Origin: a virus
Strand: one strand, 5' to 3'
Virus record (IMG/VR): IMGVR_UViG_2928611649_000001
Location: 1-64,000 of that record
DNA: 64,000 nucleotides
Shown here: in pieces, positions 1 through 8,541 of the stretch
How positions within the stretch are numbered: position 1 is the first letter of the stretch
Layout: each line of letters starts with the position of its first letter
Made by a program: the position numbers and the translations under genes
The notes under the pieces: model-generated
Told to the model about the DNA's origin: nothing
The model's input: only the letters and a program-made list of their open reading frames with translations
Database searches by the model: none

Positions 1-1110
1 TCATTTCGCACTTACTTTCTGCCATCCCTGTCCTCGCAGGTCGTCGTATCTCTCCGTCATGCTCGCTGATTTATGCCCAAGAATTGCCTGCGCGAAATCC
101 TTCCCGTATTGCTCACGATAAAGCCGTTCAGCCAAACTCCGTATTTCGTGGAACGTTGGCGCACTCCGACCCTCTTCAGGAACAATGCCAGCGGCGACGC
201 GCGCCGCGGTGAACGCGTTCGACAGGCTGTTGCTGTTGATGCGATCGCCGGGCTTAGCCTTTGCTACGTGACGCGTGTGGTGCACGAGGTATCGGCTCAG
301 GATATTGTCCCGACAGTCCTTGACCGCATCGTCGAGCGAGATGCCCAACGCGTCTATCCGAATCGACAGGTCAAGCGCCAGCCGCACCCGACCTTGGCCC
401 TTTCCCTGGATCACGTGCAGGAAGCCATCCCGCTTGTCGGCGGTTTTCATTTCAGCGATATCATCGCGGCGCTGGCCAGAGAGTAGGGCGAGGTTCATCG
501 CGCGCCGCAGCCAGATAGGCCCGAGGTCTCGTATCAGGAGGAACTGCTCCAGGCTTAGCCGCTCGCGCTTCACCACTCGGCTCGGCGTGTATGTGGCGGT
601 GACCGGGTTCCTGCCTTGCTCGATCAGCCCTTGCGTCTCCGCCATCCGAAACACGTCACTCAGGCGCGCGCGCAGGTTCATCGCGGTGGCAGCGCCAACA
701 CTCTGCTCGATCTCGATCAGGTATGGCGCCAGATGCGCGGTTGTCACCTCGGATATCCGCATCCAGGCGAAAGGCGCCTCAGTGATCCGCTTCAGGTACA
801 TGGTACAGCTGCGCAGGGTATTGTCGGCCGGCGGCAGCTTCGACTGCGACAGCCATAAATCCTTATACAGTGGCAGCCATTCGACCAGTTTATAGTCGGT
901 CTTCCCCAGCACCCAGTCAACGAGCGAGGATGGCTTCTTTGCCGCCAGTGCCGCATTTGCTGACCTGGCTTCAGCGAACGCGCGTGACTTTTCCTTTCCG
1001 AGCCCTTTCACCTTGCGGCTTTCTGGATTCATGAAATAGAAATATCCGGCCGTGTTCTGATAGAGATTCGGGGGAAACCCCCGATTCTTGGCCAGTCTGG
1101 TACGCCCCAT
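1..1110 (-). CDS. int: Tyrosine site-specific integrase (P4-like)
   Basis: 369 aa. The C-terminal catalytic region HxxR...Y (HEIRSLAERLY..MTERY) is present. The N-terminal arm-binding region looks P4-like. Confidence 0.85.
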   Translation of the reverse strand: MGRTRLAKNRGFPPNLYQNTAGYFYFMNPESRKVKGLGKEKSRAFAEARSANAALAAKKPSSLVDWVLGKTDYKLVEWLPLYKDLWLSQSKLPPADNTLRSCTMYLKRITEAPFAWMRISEVTTAHLAPYLIEIEQSVGAATAMNLRARLSDVFRMAETQGLIEQGRNPVTATYTPSRVVKRERLSLEQFLLIRDLGPIWLRRAMNLALLSGQRRDDIAEMKTADKRDGFLHVIQGKGQGRVRLALDLSIRIDALGISLDDAVKDCRDNILSRYLVHHTRHVAKAKPGDRINSNSLSNAFTAARVAAGIVPEEGRSAPTFHEIRSLAERLYREQYGKDFAQAILGHKSASMTERYDDLRGQGWQKVSAK

Positions 1111-1368
1111 TTAGTCTGCCTTGTAGACGGCCGCCGGCTTCACGCGCCAGATGCGGCCAATTTTCTCCGGCTGCGGATGGATCCGCCCTTCGTGAACCCA
1201 GCGCAGCAGCGTATTGTTGTGCGGCACCTTCGAGAAGGTCGTAGCAGCCCATTCCTGCAGAGTGATGAAGCGCGGCTTGATTCCGGTGCGTGCCTGGGCG
1301 ACTGGCTGACGCTCCAGTTCAAGCATCAATTCGGCAAGCCGCCGCTGTTCTTCTTTGCTGTACATCAT
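1111..1368 (-). CDS. Excisionase / AlpA-like small DNA-binding protein
   Basis: 85 aa, immediately upstream of int, with a winged-HTH-like sequence (IHPQPEKIGRIWRV). Confidence 0.5.
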   Translation of the reverse strand: MMYSKEEQRRLAELMLELERQPVAQARTGIKPRFITLQEWAATTFSKVPHNNTLLRWVHEGRIHPQPEKIGRIWRVKPAAVYKAD

Positions 1369-1691
1369 GGTGGCGTCTCCCGCACCGGCACCTGGCCAGG
1401 CGCATCGCTCGCTGCGAGAAGATCCCGGCGCGCTTTCCAGATCGCAGCTGATGCTGCGCGGTCGAGTGGCACTGCACCGCGCGCTATGGCGTCAGCGCGG
1501 CGGCTGGCGACGAGGTCGTAGTGCGGCGCCGCGCGCTTATCCTGAAACCAAGATCGGCGCATGCCTATCGCGGCGGCCATGGCGTGGAGATCGAACAGGT
1601 CGACCTGATCCGTGAACATGTGGCAGCTATCTACCTTCCGTCCGCGCAGTACCCAGCCCCATGGCTCCAGGTTGTCAACGTAGATAGCCAT
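1365..1691 (-). CDS. DUF4031-like phage protein
   Basis: 108 aa with an MAIYVDNL... N-terminus typical of DUF4031. Translationally coupled to neighbours. Confidence 0.45.
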   Translation of the reverse strand: MAIYVDNLEPWGWVLRGRKVDSCHMFTDQVDLFDLHAMAAAIGMRRSWFQDKRAAPHYDLVASRRADAIARGAVPLDRAASAAIWKARRDLLAASDAPGQVPVRETPP

Positions 1692-2008
1692 TACGCACCA
1701 CCTTTCAGTTCAACCCGCTTGCCGCAGTGATGGCAAAAGCTGACCCGGTTTTCTTTTGGGTCGCCATCAATGAAAGACCACAGTTCACCGCAGGAGCTTG
1801 CCCAGGTGCTTTCAATATTGGCGTCTGGCGACCATGCGCAGATGACTTGCTTCGCTTCAAGCAAATCGGCGACCTCCCGTTCCATCTGACGCGCCAAGGG
1901 CGTGATGTACTGGTGCACTTCCTGGAAGTACGTGGTCGACGTCAAGCTCGGGAACCGCATCGAGACTGCCTCGATGCACGCGTCGACGCGCGGCGTGCCG
2001 GCGCTCAT
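1691..2008 (-). CDS. Hypothetical protein with a C-terminal Cys/His cluster
   Basis: 105 aa. The CHHCGKR motif suggests a zinc ribbon. Confidence 0.4.
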   Translation of the reverse strand: MSAGTPRVDACIEAVSMRFPSLTSTTYFQEVHQYITPLARQMEREVADLLEAKQVICAWSPDANIESTWASSCGELWSFIDGDPKENRVSFCHHCGKRVELKGGA

Positions 2009-3732
2009 GCTGCACCCCCCCCAGTCTTGCCCTGCGAGCTTTTTAGCGCATCCAGCGCCTCGCCCGCGATCACCTGCGCCGGCGTGTCGCCGCTCACGTT
2101 CAATGCGATTCGGCGCAAGGCCTGCACCAACTCCGAATCTCCCTGAGCGGCATCGGCTCCTGGCGCTGGCTGTGCTGGCGATGGGTACAACGCAATGCGT
2201 TTTTCAAAGGCAAATTGAGTGACCGACTGGAATTGAATCATCATCGCTCTCAGCGCCATGATCGTTCCGAAAGTGATTTCCCCTCTGTCGTTCTCCCGTG
2301 CGCCCACATGCTCAGCCCACTGTGTCACAGTCCAGTTGATCCGCTCGGTCAACTTCTGCTCAAGCGCTGTTGGCTCGGCGTCTTCCGCCGCCACCTGTGC
2401 TGCTGACACAGCAGCAAGTAGTTCAAGTGATGCTTGCGTGATTGCCGCGTAAGCATCTTCGCCTTCAGGATCGCGCTGGTGCAGCATCATGCAGAAATTG
2501 GCGATGTCTACAGGATCACCCTTCATCACATGTTGGCAAAGCATAGCCGCCAAGTTTTCGATGCTGCATTGCTCCGGGTCATCCCATCCACTGCGGCCCT
2601 TTGCGCGGCTGGATAACATCTTCTCGCTCATAGCCTTAGCAAACTGCTCGATATGGTAGTCGTCACCGGACTTCGATCCATCTGACCGATGCCCTATAGC
2701 TGGCGCGCTCGGTGCTGAGGCTGGCTGCTGGCGGCTGGATAAATCGCCCATCGTGTAACGGCGCAGTTCAGCCAGCACCTTGGGTGCGTCTCTCTTCCTG
2801 TCGATGGACGAGCAAGCAGCGCCAATTAGACCGCGAGGCACGATTATCGGGTCTTCTATAGCGATCAGCGCCGCTTTCGCCTGTTCCTTGATACCAGCGA
2901 GATTCCGCGCAAACTGATGCAGCCATGCTGCGTTGACAGTGATCTGCCCGTCATCATGAACTTTCCCGCCCTTGGGGAAGGCGTCCTCGATAGTGTCGAA
3001 GGACGGTGCAGCTTGCGCATGCTGCTGTGGGGCGGCTGCGCGATCAGCCACTTCCAAATTGCGCCCGGCAGTGATGCCGTTTGCGTAAGCTTGCTGAACT
3101 GCCGTCGCCACTACTTGTGCGGTGTGTGCTTTTGCATCATGCAGGATAACTACGACTATCTCTGGAGATAAATCGCCTGCGTAGTACGTTTTATCGAGCG
3201 CTGACATATCCACCGTCACCACTGCCGCAGCAGGTACTGCTGGCACACCAACCGGCTTCGGCCACGCGAACTCGACGTGATCGCGGTTGTGCATCAGCCA
3301 ATTCCATTCGTCGCGCGTGAACCAGGCAACTGCGCCCATGTCCGACACACAGATACGCGCCGCCGGATCGTCCGTCATCATGACGTAGCCCGTCTTCGCA
3401 TAGCCATCGCGCTGCATGATGTCGTCGGTCTTGCGCTCGCACATCGGGCTGGTCGTCGCCACAGTGGCAGCGCGGCGCACCGCATGCACTTCCATCGCCT
3501 GGCTGCGTACGGTAGCGATCAGCTCCAGCACAGCGGCAGGGTTGGCGGCGGCGATGTAGTTGGCGTCCTTGCTGCTTGGCGCATGGTCCTCGTCGGAGAT
3601 CGGGTCCTTCGCGCCGTCGGCGTGGATCGACAGGCCGCGCGCGTACAGGTCGTCGTCGGTGATCTGCCGGGTGTACCAGGGGCCTGGCGTCGCAGCTTTT
3701 GCGTGCACTTCCAAATTTTCAATATCCAGCAT
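2005..3732 (-). CDS. Ead/Ea22-like early protein
   Basis: 575 aa. The N-terminus has ATPGPWY and IAAANPAAVLELI motifs characteristic of Ea22-like proteins. Confidence 0.45.
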   Translation of the reverse strand: MLDIENLEVHAKAATPGPWYTRQITDDDLYARGLSIHADGAKDPISDEDHAPSSKDANYIAAANPAAVLELIATVRSQAMEVHAVRRAATVATTSPMCERKTDDIMQRDGYAKTGYVMMTDDPAARICVSDMGAVAWFTRDEWNWLMHNRDHVEFAWPKPVGVPAVPAAAVVTVDMSALDKTYYAGDLSPEIVVVILHDAKAHTAQVVATAVQQAYANGITAGRNLEVADRAAAPQQHAQAAPSFDTIEDAFPKGGKVHDDGQITVNAAWLHQFARNLAGIKEQAKAALIAIEDPIIVPRGLIGAACSSIDRKRDAPKVLAELRRYTMGDLSSRQQPASAPSAPAIGHRSDGSKSGDDYHIEQFAKAMSEKMLSSRAKGRSGWDDPEQCSIENLAAMLCQHVMKGDPVDIANFCMMLHQRDPEGEDAYAAITQASLELLAAVSAAQVAAEDAEPTALEQKLTERINWTVTQWAEHVGARENDRGEITFGTIMALRAMMIQFQSVTQFAFEKRIALYPSPAQPAPGADAAQGDSELVQALRRIALNVSGDTPAQVIAGEALDALKSSQGKTGGGAA

Positions 3733-3733
3733 C

Positions 3734-3961
3734 TCAATTCTCCAAAACAGTTATGTCGCATGGGCGAACCGGCCCGGCGATGCCTTCCAGGTAGACGATC
3801 ATTTCCTCGTCACCCTTGTGCCAGCAGAAGCCGGCGATGAAGTACTTCAGGCCGCGGTACAAGACAGGCCGGCATTTCTGCTTGGCGCGGTGGATGCGCA
3901 TGTCGTGCTGCTCGACCAGGTCGCGCGGCGTCTCGACCGGCACCTGGTCGCGGGCGCTCAT
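3734..3961 (-). CDS. Hypothetical protein
   Basis: 75-aa ORF coupled to upstream and downstream genes. Confidence 0.3.
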   Translation of the reverse strand: MSARDQVPVETPRDLVEQHDMRIHRAKQKCRPVLYRGLKYFIAGFCWHKGDEEMIVYLEGIAGPVRPCDITVLEN

Positions 3962-4077
3962 GCCGCAGCCCAGATGCCGGCCACCATGCCGACAATGAAC
4001 ATCACGATCAGGGCGAGGGCGATGCGGGCCGCGTCAGGGCTGCGCTCGGCGTTCGGTACTTCGTCGTTGTCGGTCAT
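3958..4077 (-). CDS. Small membrane protein (39 aa, MTDNDEVPNAERSPDAARIALALIVMFIVGMVAGIWAAA)
   Basis: ATGA overlaps at both ends and a single hydrophobic helix. Not in the ORF track (<60 aa). Confidence 0.3.
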   Translation of the reverse strand: MTDNDEVPNAERSPDAARIALALIVMFIVGMVAGIWAAA

Positions 4078-4784
4078 GGTGTCACCCGACGAAATTCCAC
4101 GCACCAGACCCATGGGTTGTCCGCCCAACTACCCTCGCCGTTGATCTGCTCCCACAGCTGGCGGTAGGCGTTCACCGCCATCGACTCGCTCGGCGGGAAC
4201 GTCAGCTTCATACCGATGGCGACCGGTGTCAGGCCAATTCCCTCGGCCACTGCATCGATGTCGCTGATGTCATTCAGCCGCTCCGCGCGCACGCTGATGA
4301 TCTCCAGCAGGATGCGGCTGGCCCAGCGGGGCATGTGAATGCTTGGCGTCACCTTTGCGCTTGCACTAAGCAGCGCTGCGGCGCGCGAACATCCTTCCAC
4401 ACTGTAGCTGGCGCCGGGTGCGCGGGTGCGCTCAACCCAGTATTGGCCGGTTTCCGGTGTGACTGGCACGTCATGTCGGAACAGGCCACGCTGGTCACCA
4501 CTGCCGGCGAGCATTGAGCGAATACCGCTTTCACGCACCCATAGGCGATCGCCAGGCTGGCCGTATGGGAACTTACGCCCCTGAATCTCATCCGACGCGC
4601 CGAAAATCTCCGAGCCCGGCGCTTCATACCCGCCGTTTTTGATGACGGTAGGATTGTAGAGCCCGACGGTAGGGTTCCAGTATGGCCCAGGGTCTGGCTT
4701 GACGATTCGCCGCGTCTGCGTCTTGCTGCCGTCGAGCAGTGCGCGGACCATCGGCGAGGAGAACAAAATTGGCCGCTCTTTCAT
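4074..4784 (-). CDS. Conserved phage protein (MKERPILFSSPMVRALLDGSKTQTRR family, ASCH-like)
   Basis: 236 aa. The N-terminus matches a widespread prophage protein family. Confidence 0.45.
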   Translation of the reverse strand: MKERPILFSSPMVRALLDGSKTQTRRIVKPDPGPYWNPTVGLYNPTVIKNGGYEAPGSEIFGASDEIQGRKFPYGQPGDRLWVRESGIRSMLAGSGDQRGLFRHDVPVTPETGQYWVERTRAPGASYSVEGCSRAAALLSASAKVTPSIHMPRWASRILLEIISVRAERLNDISDIDAVAEGIGLTPVAIGMKLTFPPSESMAVNAYRQLWEQINGEGSWADNPWVWCVEFRRVTP

Positions 4785-5155
4785 GCCGCCACCTCGATCA
4801 GTTCCATCCGGATGCTGACCTCGTTATCGAAGTCTATCCGGTCGGCGCTCACCAGCTTGATGCCGTCCGATCCGTCCAGCAGCGGCCAACCTTCAACACC
4901 TTGCACGGCGAACTCGTGCACCGCGCCAAGGCCGCTGGAGATTTCTTCCGCCAGCGCCCGGCGGCAAAGCATGTTGAGCACAGCGACCACAACATCGTCG
5001 TCTGCTTCCGCCAGCCGGTCGTCGGCGCCGCTCCAAAACTCGTTAATCAGCGTGCACAGGGCGATCATCTCGTCGCTCTCAGGCGCGCGCACGTCGACGA
5101 CGACATCGCTACAGGTATCGTCGAAGGTAAGGGTGTATCGGGCCCAGGTAATCAT
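4781..5155 (-). CDS. Acidic hypothetical protein
   Basis: 124 aa, in-operon coupling. Confidence 0.4.
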   Translation of the reverse strand: MITWARYTLTFDDTCSDVVVDVRAPESDEMIALCTLINEFWSGADDRLAEADDDVVVAVLNMLCRRALAEEISSGLGAVHEFAVQGVEGWPLLDGSDGIKLVSADRIDFDNEVSIRMELIEVAA

Positions 5156-6330
5156 GCTGCCACCCCGGCCACGTTCGCCACCACGTAGACGCCCTGCGTG
5201 CTGCCGACCACGTCGGCGGCTTCCATGGCCTGCAGCAGGCTGGAGGCCCGGTTGTAGGTAATCCGCAGCACGCGCTGCACCAGCGATATCGACGCGCGGT
5301 CCTGCTCTCGCACCAGCGCCACGGCGGCCGGGTACAGTGGGTCGGTGGCACTGCCATCGCCATCCGGGATACCACCCAGCCGCATCACTGCGCGCTGCGG
5401 CTGCACCGGCTCGTCGCCGGCCGCCGGCCGCGTCACCGGAGGCTCGCCCTCAGCCACGCCGCCCAGCGCCTCGACCAGGTCCGCCAGCAGCTTGGCCAGC
5501 TCGCCGCTGACCAGCGCGAAGTCGCCATCGAAGCGCTCAGCGTCGTCCTTGGCGTAGTTTTTCTCCGTCAGCACATCCAACAGCTTCACCGACTTGACGG
5601 CCAGGCTCTGGTCCAGCACGAAGCTGATCTTGCTATCCCATGTCATGGCCAGGCGGATGCACTGCTTCCCGGCGGCGATGTGGCGGCGCAACTCGTCCGC
5701 CTCGAGCGTGTGGCGCTTCCACTGCACCTGGGCCTTGCTCTCGCCGGTCGCCTGCAGGGTGGCGTCCATGTCGACCGTGAAGCCGGCTGGCGCATCGTCC
5801 GCCTGCAGCCACTCGGTCATCACGCCCACCGGTGAGCGCTGCACGCGCAAGCTCTCGACCGGGAACTTGTCGACGGCCTTGAGCAGCAACCTGATGACCT
5901 GGTCCGCCTTCGCCGGGCTGGCCGCGCCCACCACCAGCCATCCGTTGACCGGGTCGATCCAGACCCAAGTGCTGTCGCGCTTGGGGAATGCGCGCGGCAG
6001 CAGTTCGTCGGCGACGCGCTCGCGCAACTCCTTCATCGCCTTCTTGCCGGGCGCGAAGCCTTGCGCTTCTTCCATCTCGGCGGCGCGCGCCTTCGTCACC
6101 TGGTTGATGACGGCCGCCGGAAGCACCTTGGACTCGGTCGTGAGCTTCAGCAGGAACTGGCCGTTGATGACGTGGACCAGCTCGCCGGCCGGGCGCGGCG
6201 GCTCCCAGCCCTCGCGCAGCAGTTCGTTGCTGCCGGCCGGCGCGAAGGCCTGCTGCGCCAGCATGCGGTTGAGGGACTCGGCCGAAGTCAGGAAGCCGGG
6301 CAGGCGGTACATCTGAAGATTCTTAAACAT
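5152..6330 (-). CDS. rdgC: RdgC-like recombination-associated protein fused to a C-terminal FtsK-gamma winged-helix domain
   Basis: The N-terminus MFKNLQMYRL... is RdgC-like over ~300 aa. The C-terminal ~60 aa (DPLYPAAVALVREQDRASISLVQRVLRITYNRASSLLQAMEAADVVG) matches the FtsK gamma KOPS-binding domain. Confidence 0.6.
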   Translation of the reverse strand: MFKNLQMYRLPGFLTSAESLNRMLAQQAFAPAGSNELLREGWEPPRPAGELVHVINGQFLLKLTTESKVLPAAVINQVTKARAAEMEEAQGFAPGKKAMKELRERVADELLPRAFPKRDSTWVWIDPVNGWLVVGAASPAKADQVIRLLLKAVDKFPVESLRVQRSPVGVMTEWLQADDAPAGFTVDMDATLQATGESKAQVQWKRHTLEADELRRHIAAGKQCIRLAMTWDSKISFVLDQSLAVKSVKLLDVLTEKNYAKDDAERFDGDFALVSGELAKLLADLVEALGGVAEGEPPVTRPAAGDEPVQPQRAVMRLGGIPDGDGSATDPLYPAAVALVREQDRASISLVQRVLRITYNRASSLLQAMEAADVVGSTQGVYVVANVAGVAA

Positions 6331-7513
6331 GGTCAGCCTTTTGTTGGGTTGGGGAAGGGCGGCGATAGGTTTTGGTTAGGCCGCCGTTGACGCTGTGGCC
6401 GCGCCGGAGTACTGCGCGCGCCAGCGCCGCCCGGTCGCTGCGGCTGCTGAGCGACTGTCCGAGCAGGCCGAAGTAGCTGTTGGCGGATGCGAACACCTCG
6501 TCGGCGTCGATGCGAAGCACGCGGTTGACGGCCTGGCGGACGGTGCGGCGCCGGGTGCGCGTGTTCCATGGCTTGATGACGTGGCCGACGAAGTCGATCC
6601 CGCGCGCGACCGGCTGCAAGATGGTCTTGGTCGGGTTCAGGTTCGCGTGCAGCACGCCGGGCAGGAAGGTGTTGATGTCCGTCAGCGCGGCGTTCAGCCA
6701 CTGCGGCGACTCGTGCAGCAGCACGAAGTCATCCACGTAGCGGATGTAGTGCTGGGCGCGCACGCGGTGCTTCACGTGCTGGTCCAGCGCATCGAGGTAG
6801 ACGTTCGCGAAGAACTGTGATGACAAATTCCCGATGGGAAGTCCGCGGTGGGCCGGGTGGTTGGCCAGCCGCTTGTGCGCCGGAACCAGCGCCAGCAACT
6901 CCGGCGCGCCGCGCAGTTCGAAGTTCTCACGAGGGTCATGGAACAGAATGGTTTCGGCCAAGGCCAGCCACCAGGGCTCCGTGATCCGCGCCGCCAGCTG
7001 GCCGTGCAGCACTGCCTTGTCGATGGCGACGAAGAAGTTGGCGAGGTCGCATTTCAGATACCAGACTGGCTTCGACCAGTTCTGGCTGATGCTGCGCACT
7101 TTCGCCTCCAGGCGGCCGGCGGCGTACAGCGTGCCACGGCCCGGGATGCATGCGCAGGTATCTGGAATGAATGAGGCGTAGAAGCGCGGCGCCACGTGGT
7201 TGTACAGCACATGGTGCACGATACGGTCGGGGAAGTCAGCAGCCCAGACCTCGCGCGGCTTGGGGCGGGTGACGATAAAGCAGACCGAGGTGCCGGGCTT
7301 GTACGAGCCGTCGATCAGTTCGTCGTACAGCTGGATCAGGTTGCGCTCAAGGTCCTGCTCGAACACGAGAGCGCTGGGGGTATTGCGCTTGTGGCGCCGG
7401 CAGTCGAAGTACGCGACTACCAGCTCCTCAAAAGAGAAGTCTGCATCGGGTTGATCTGCGGACGGCGCGCGCGGCGCCGGCATACGACTTGTGGTTGTTG
7501 TTCTGGTTGCCAT
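6323..7513 (-). CDS. Diversity-generating retroelement reverse transcriptase
   Basis: 396 aa. It has the YVDDFV catalytic box and LPIGNLSSQFFANVYL (the DGR-specific SQ in place of QG in motif 4). It lies directly downstream of avd and the TR. The annotated start overlaps the TR 3' end. Confidence 0.85.
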   Translation of the reverse strand: MATRTTTTSRMPAPRAPSADQPDADFSFEELVVAYFDCRRHKRNTPSALVFEQDLERNLIQLYDELIDGSYKPGTSVCFIVTRPKPREVWAADFPDRIVHHVLYNHVAPRFYASFIPDTCACIPGRGTLYAAGRLEAKVRSISQNWSKPVWYLKCDLANFFVAIDKAVLHGQLAARITEPWWLALAETILFHDPRENFELRGAPELLALVPAHKRLANHPAHRGLPIGNLSSQFFANVYLDALDQHVKHRVRAQHYIRYVDDFVLLHESPQWLNAALTDINTFLPGVLHANLNPTKTILQPVARGIDFVGHVIKPWNTRTRRRTVRQAVNRVLRIDADEVFASANSYFGLLGQSLSSRSDRAALARAVLRRGHSVNGGLTKTYRRPSPTQQKADHV

Positions 7514-7562
7514 TGTCGAAGTTCTGGTTCCAAGCGTTAGTCGGGTAGTCGGCGTGCTGCGT
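7454..7562 (-). repeat. DGR template repeat (TR), ~107-109 bp, AAC-rich on the coding strand
   Basis: The coding strand reads CAGCACGCCGACTACCCGACTAACGCTTGGAACCAGAACTTCGACAATGGCAACCAGAACAACAACCACAAGTCGTATGCCGGCGCCGCGCGCGCCGTCCGCAGAT. It matches three VRs, with mismatches almost exclusively at TR adenines. Confidence 0.85.
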
Positions 7563-7733
7563 CAATTCGTACTATCTACGTCGCCCCGGAGAAGGCTCTC
7601 GGCCGATCAGCGGGGTAACTGCGCCAGGCCTTCCCGAACACCGTCGGGCGGTTCCTGTGATGCGCGTGGCGGTGGCCTCGTGAGCCAGCGGTACGACCAG
7701 ATTAAAATTGCACAGACCTGAATGCCGTAGCGG

Positions 7734-8093
7734 TCAGGTAGCGGGCAACGATGCGGGCTTCTTCCCACGCCATCCATTGGCCTGCCGGCCGATGCTGCTG
7801 GTGATCGCGATTGCCGCGGCATACTGCGCAAGCGAGATCAGCTTCAGGTCCGTCGCCAGCCTGAACAGCAACTCCGTTACCTGGACGTGCTCGATGAGCT
7901 TGTTCAGGTAGGGCACCTTGTCGATCGCCACGTTTGCGCGATAGACGAGGGTGGAGAGCTCCAGGCATTCGGCGTTGATCTTCTGGCCGACCGTCGTTTT
8001 GAAATCTCGGCGCATGTTCTTGATGAGATTCATCGCCAGGAGCATCAGCTCGTAGGTCGCCTTGTAGATCGGCAGGTCTTTGTGGAGGGCCAT
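7734..8093 (-). CDS. avd: DGR accessory variability determinant (Avd)
   Basis: 119 aa, helical and basic at the C-terminus. Position is canonical: between the target gene/VR and the TR-RT. Confidence 0.7.
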   Translation of the reverse strand: MALHKDLPIYKATYELMLLAMNLIKNMRRDFKTTVGQKINAECLELSTLVYRANVAIDKVPYLNKLIEHVQVTELLFRLATDLKLISLAQYAAAIAITSSIGRQANGWRGKKPASLPAT

Positions 8094-8113
8094 GGGTTCC
8101 TTAAATTACTAAA

Positions 8114-8524
8114 TTACTGAATTGGCAATCTGCGGACGGCGCGCGCGGCGCCGGCATACGACTTGCGGAGGTAGTTCTGGTAGCCATCGTAGAAGTACTG
8201 GAGCCAAGCGTTAGTCGGGTAGTCGGCGTGCTGCTCGCAGGACCAGTAGTAACGTGGCTTGAAGTGCGACTTCAGGTTGGCGATCAGCAGGCTCTGCTGA
8301 CGACGAGTGGGCAGTACGCCGCCGTTCTTCTCGGCCCACGCCATCGACTTGTCCCAGTCCGCATCCAGCAACTCGCCCGGCAGCAGGAAGACATGCTCAT
8401 CTGGTGCGCCGTTCTCGCCCAGCAGCAGACCGGAGTAGGTCTCGCCCGGTTTCAGGTTCTCTACCAGAAACTGGCGCTTGCTCGCCGCCATCAGCGATTC
8501 GATTTCTGCGGTATTCGATTGCAT
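8114..8524 (-). CDS. DGR target protein 1 (C-type lectin / DUF1566-like fold), VR at its 3' end
   Basis: Start trimmed to MQSNTAEIESL, which has an AGGAGA RBS; the ORF track gives 8114..8713. The C-terminus LPTRRQQSLLIANL...YWSCEQHADYPTNAWLQYFYDGYQNYLRKSYAGAARAVRRLPIQ is encoded by VR1. Confidence 0.7.
   Translation of the reverse strand: MQSNTAEIESLMAASKRQFLVENLKPGETYSGLLLGENGAPDEHVFLLPGELLDADWDKSMAWAEKNGGVLPTRRQQSLLIANLKSHFKPRYYWSCEQHADYPTNAWLQYFYDGYQNYLRKSYAGAARAVRRLPIQ
8128..8234 (-). repeat. DGR variable repeat VR1
   Basis: 10 mismatches to TR. 9 are at TR adenines; 1 is a G-to-T (GAC to TAC). Confidence 0.8.
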
Positions 8525-8541
8525 TGCTTCTCCTTGGTGAT

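Noticed and set aside
6323-7513. RT considered as a retron, group II intron or Abi-type RT.
   Set aside because: It has the SQ-for-QG motif 4 and an adjacent Avd, and TR/VR pairs with adenine-specific mismatches are present. It lacks a retron msr/msd structure and has no intron maturase or endonuclease domains.
8095-8126. AGTAATTT tandem repeats considered as prophage att core or integrase arm sites.
   Set aside because: They occur only directly 3' of the three VRs, not at the prophage boundary, and the integrase is 7 kb away.
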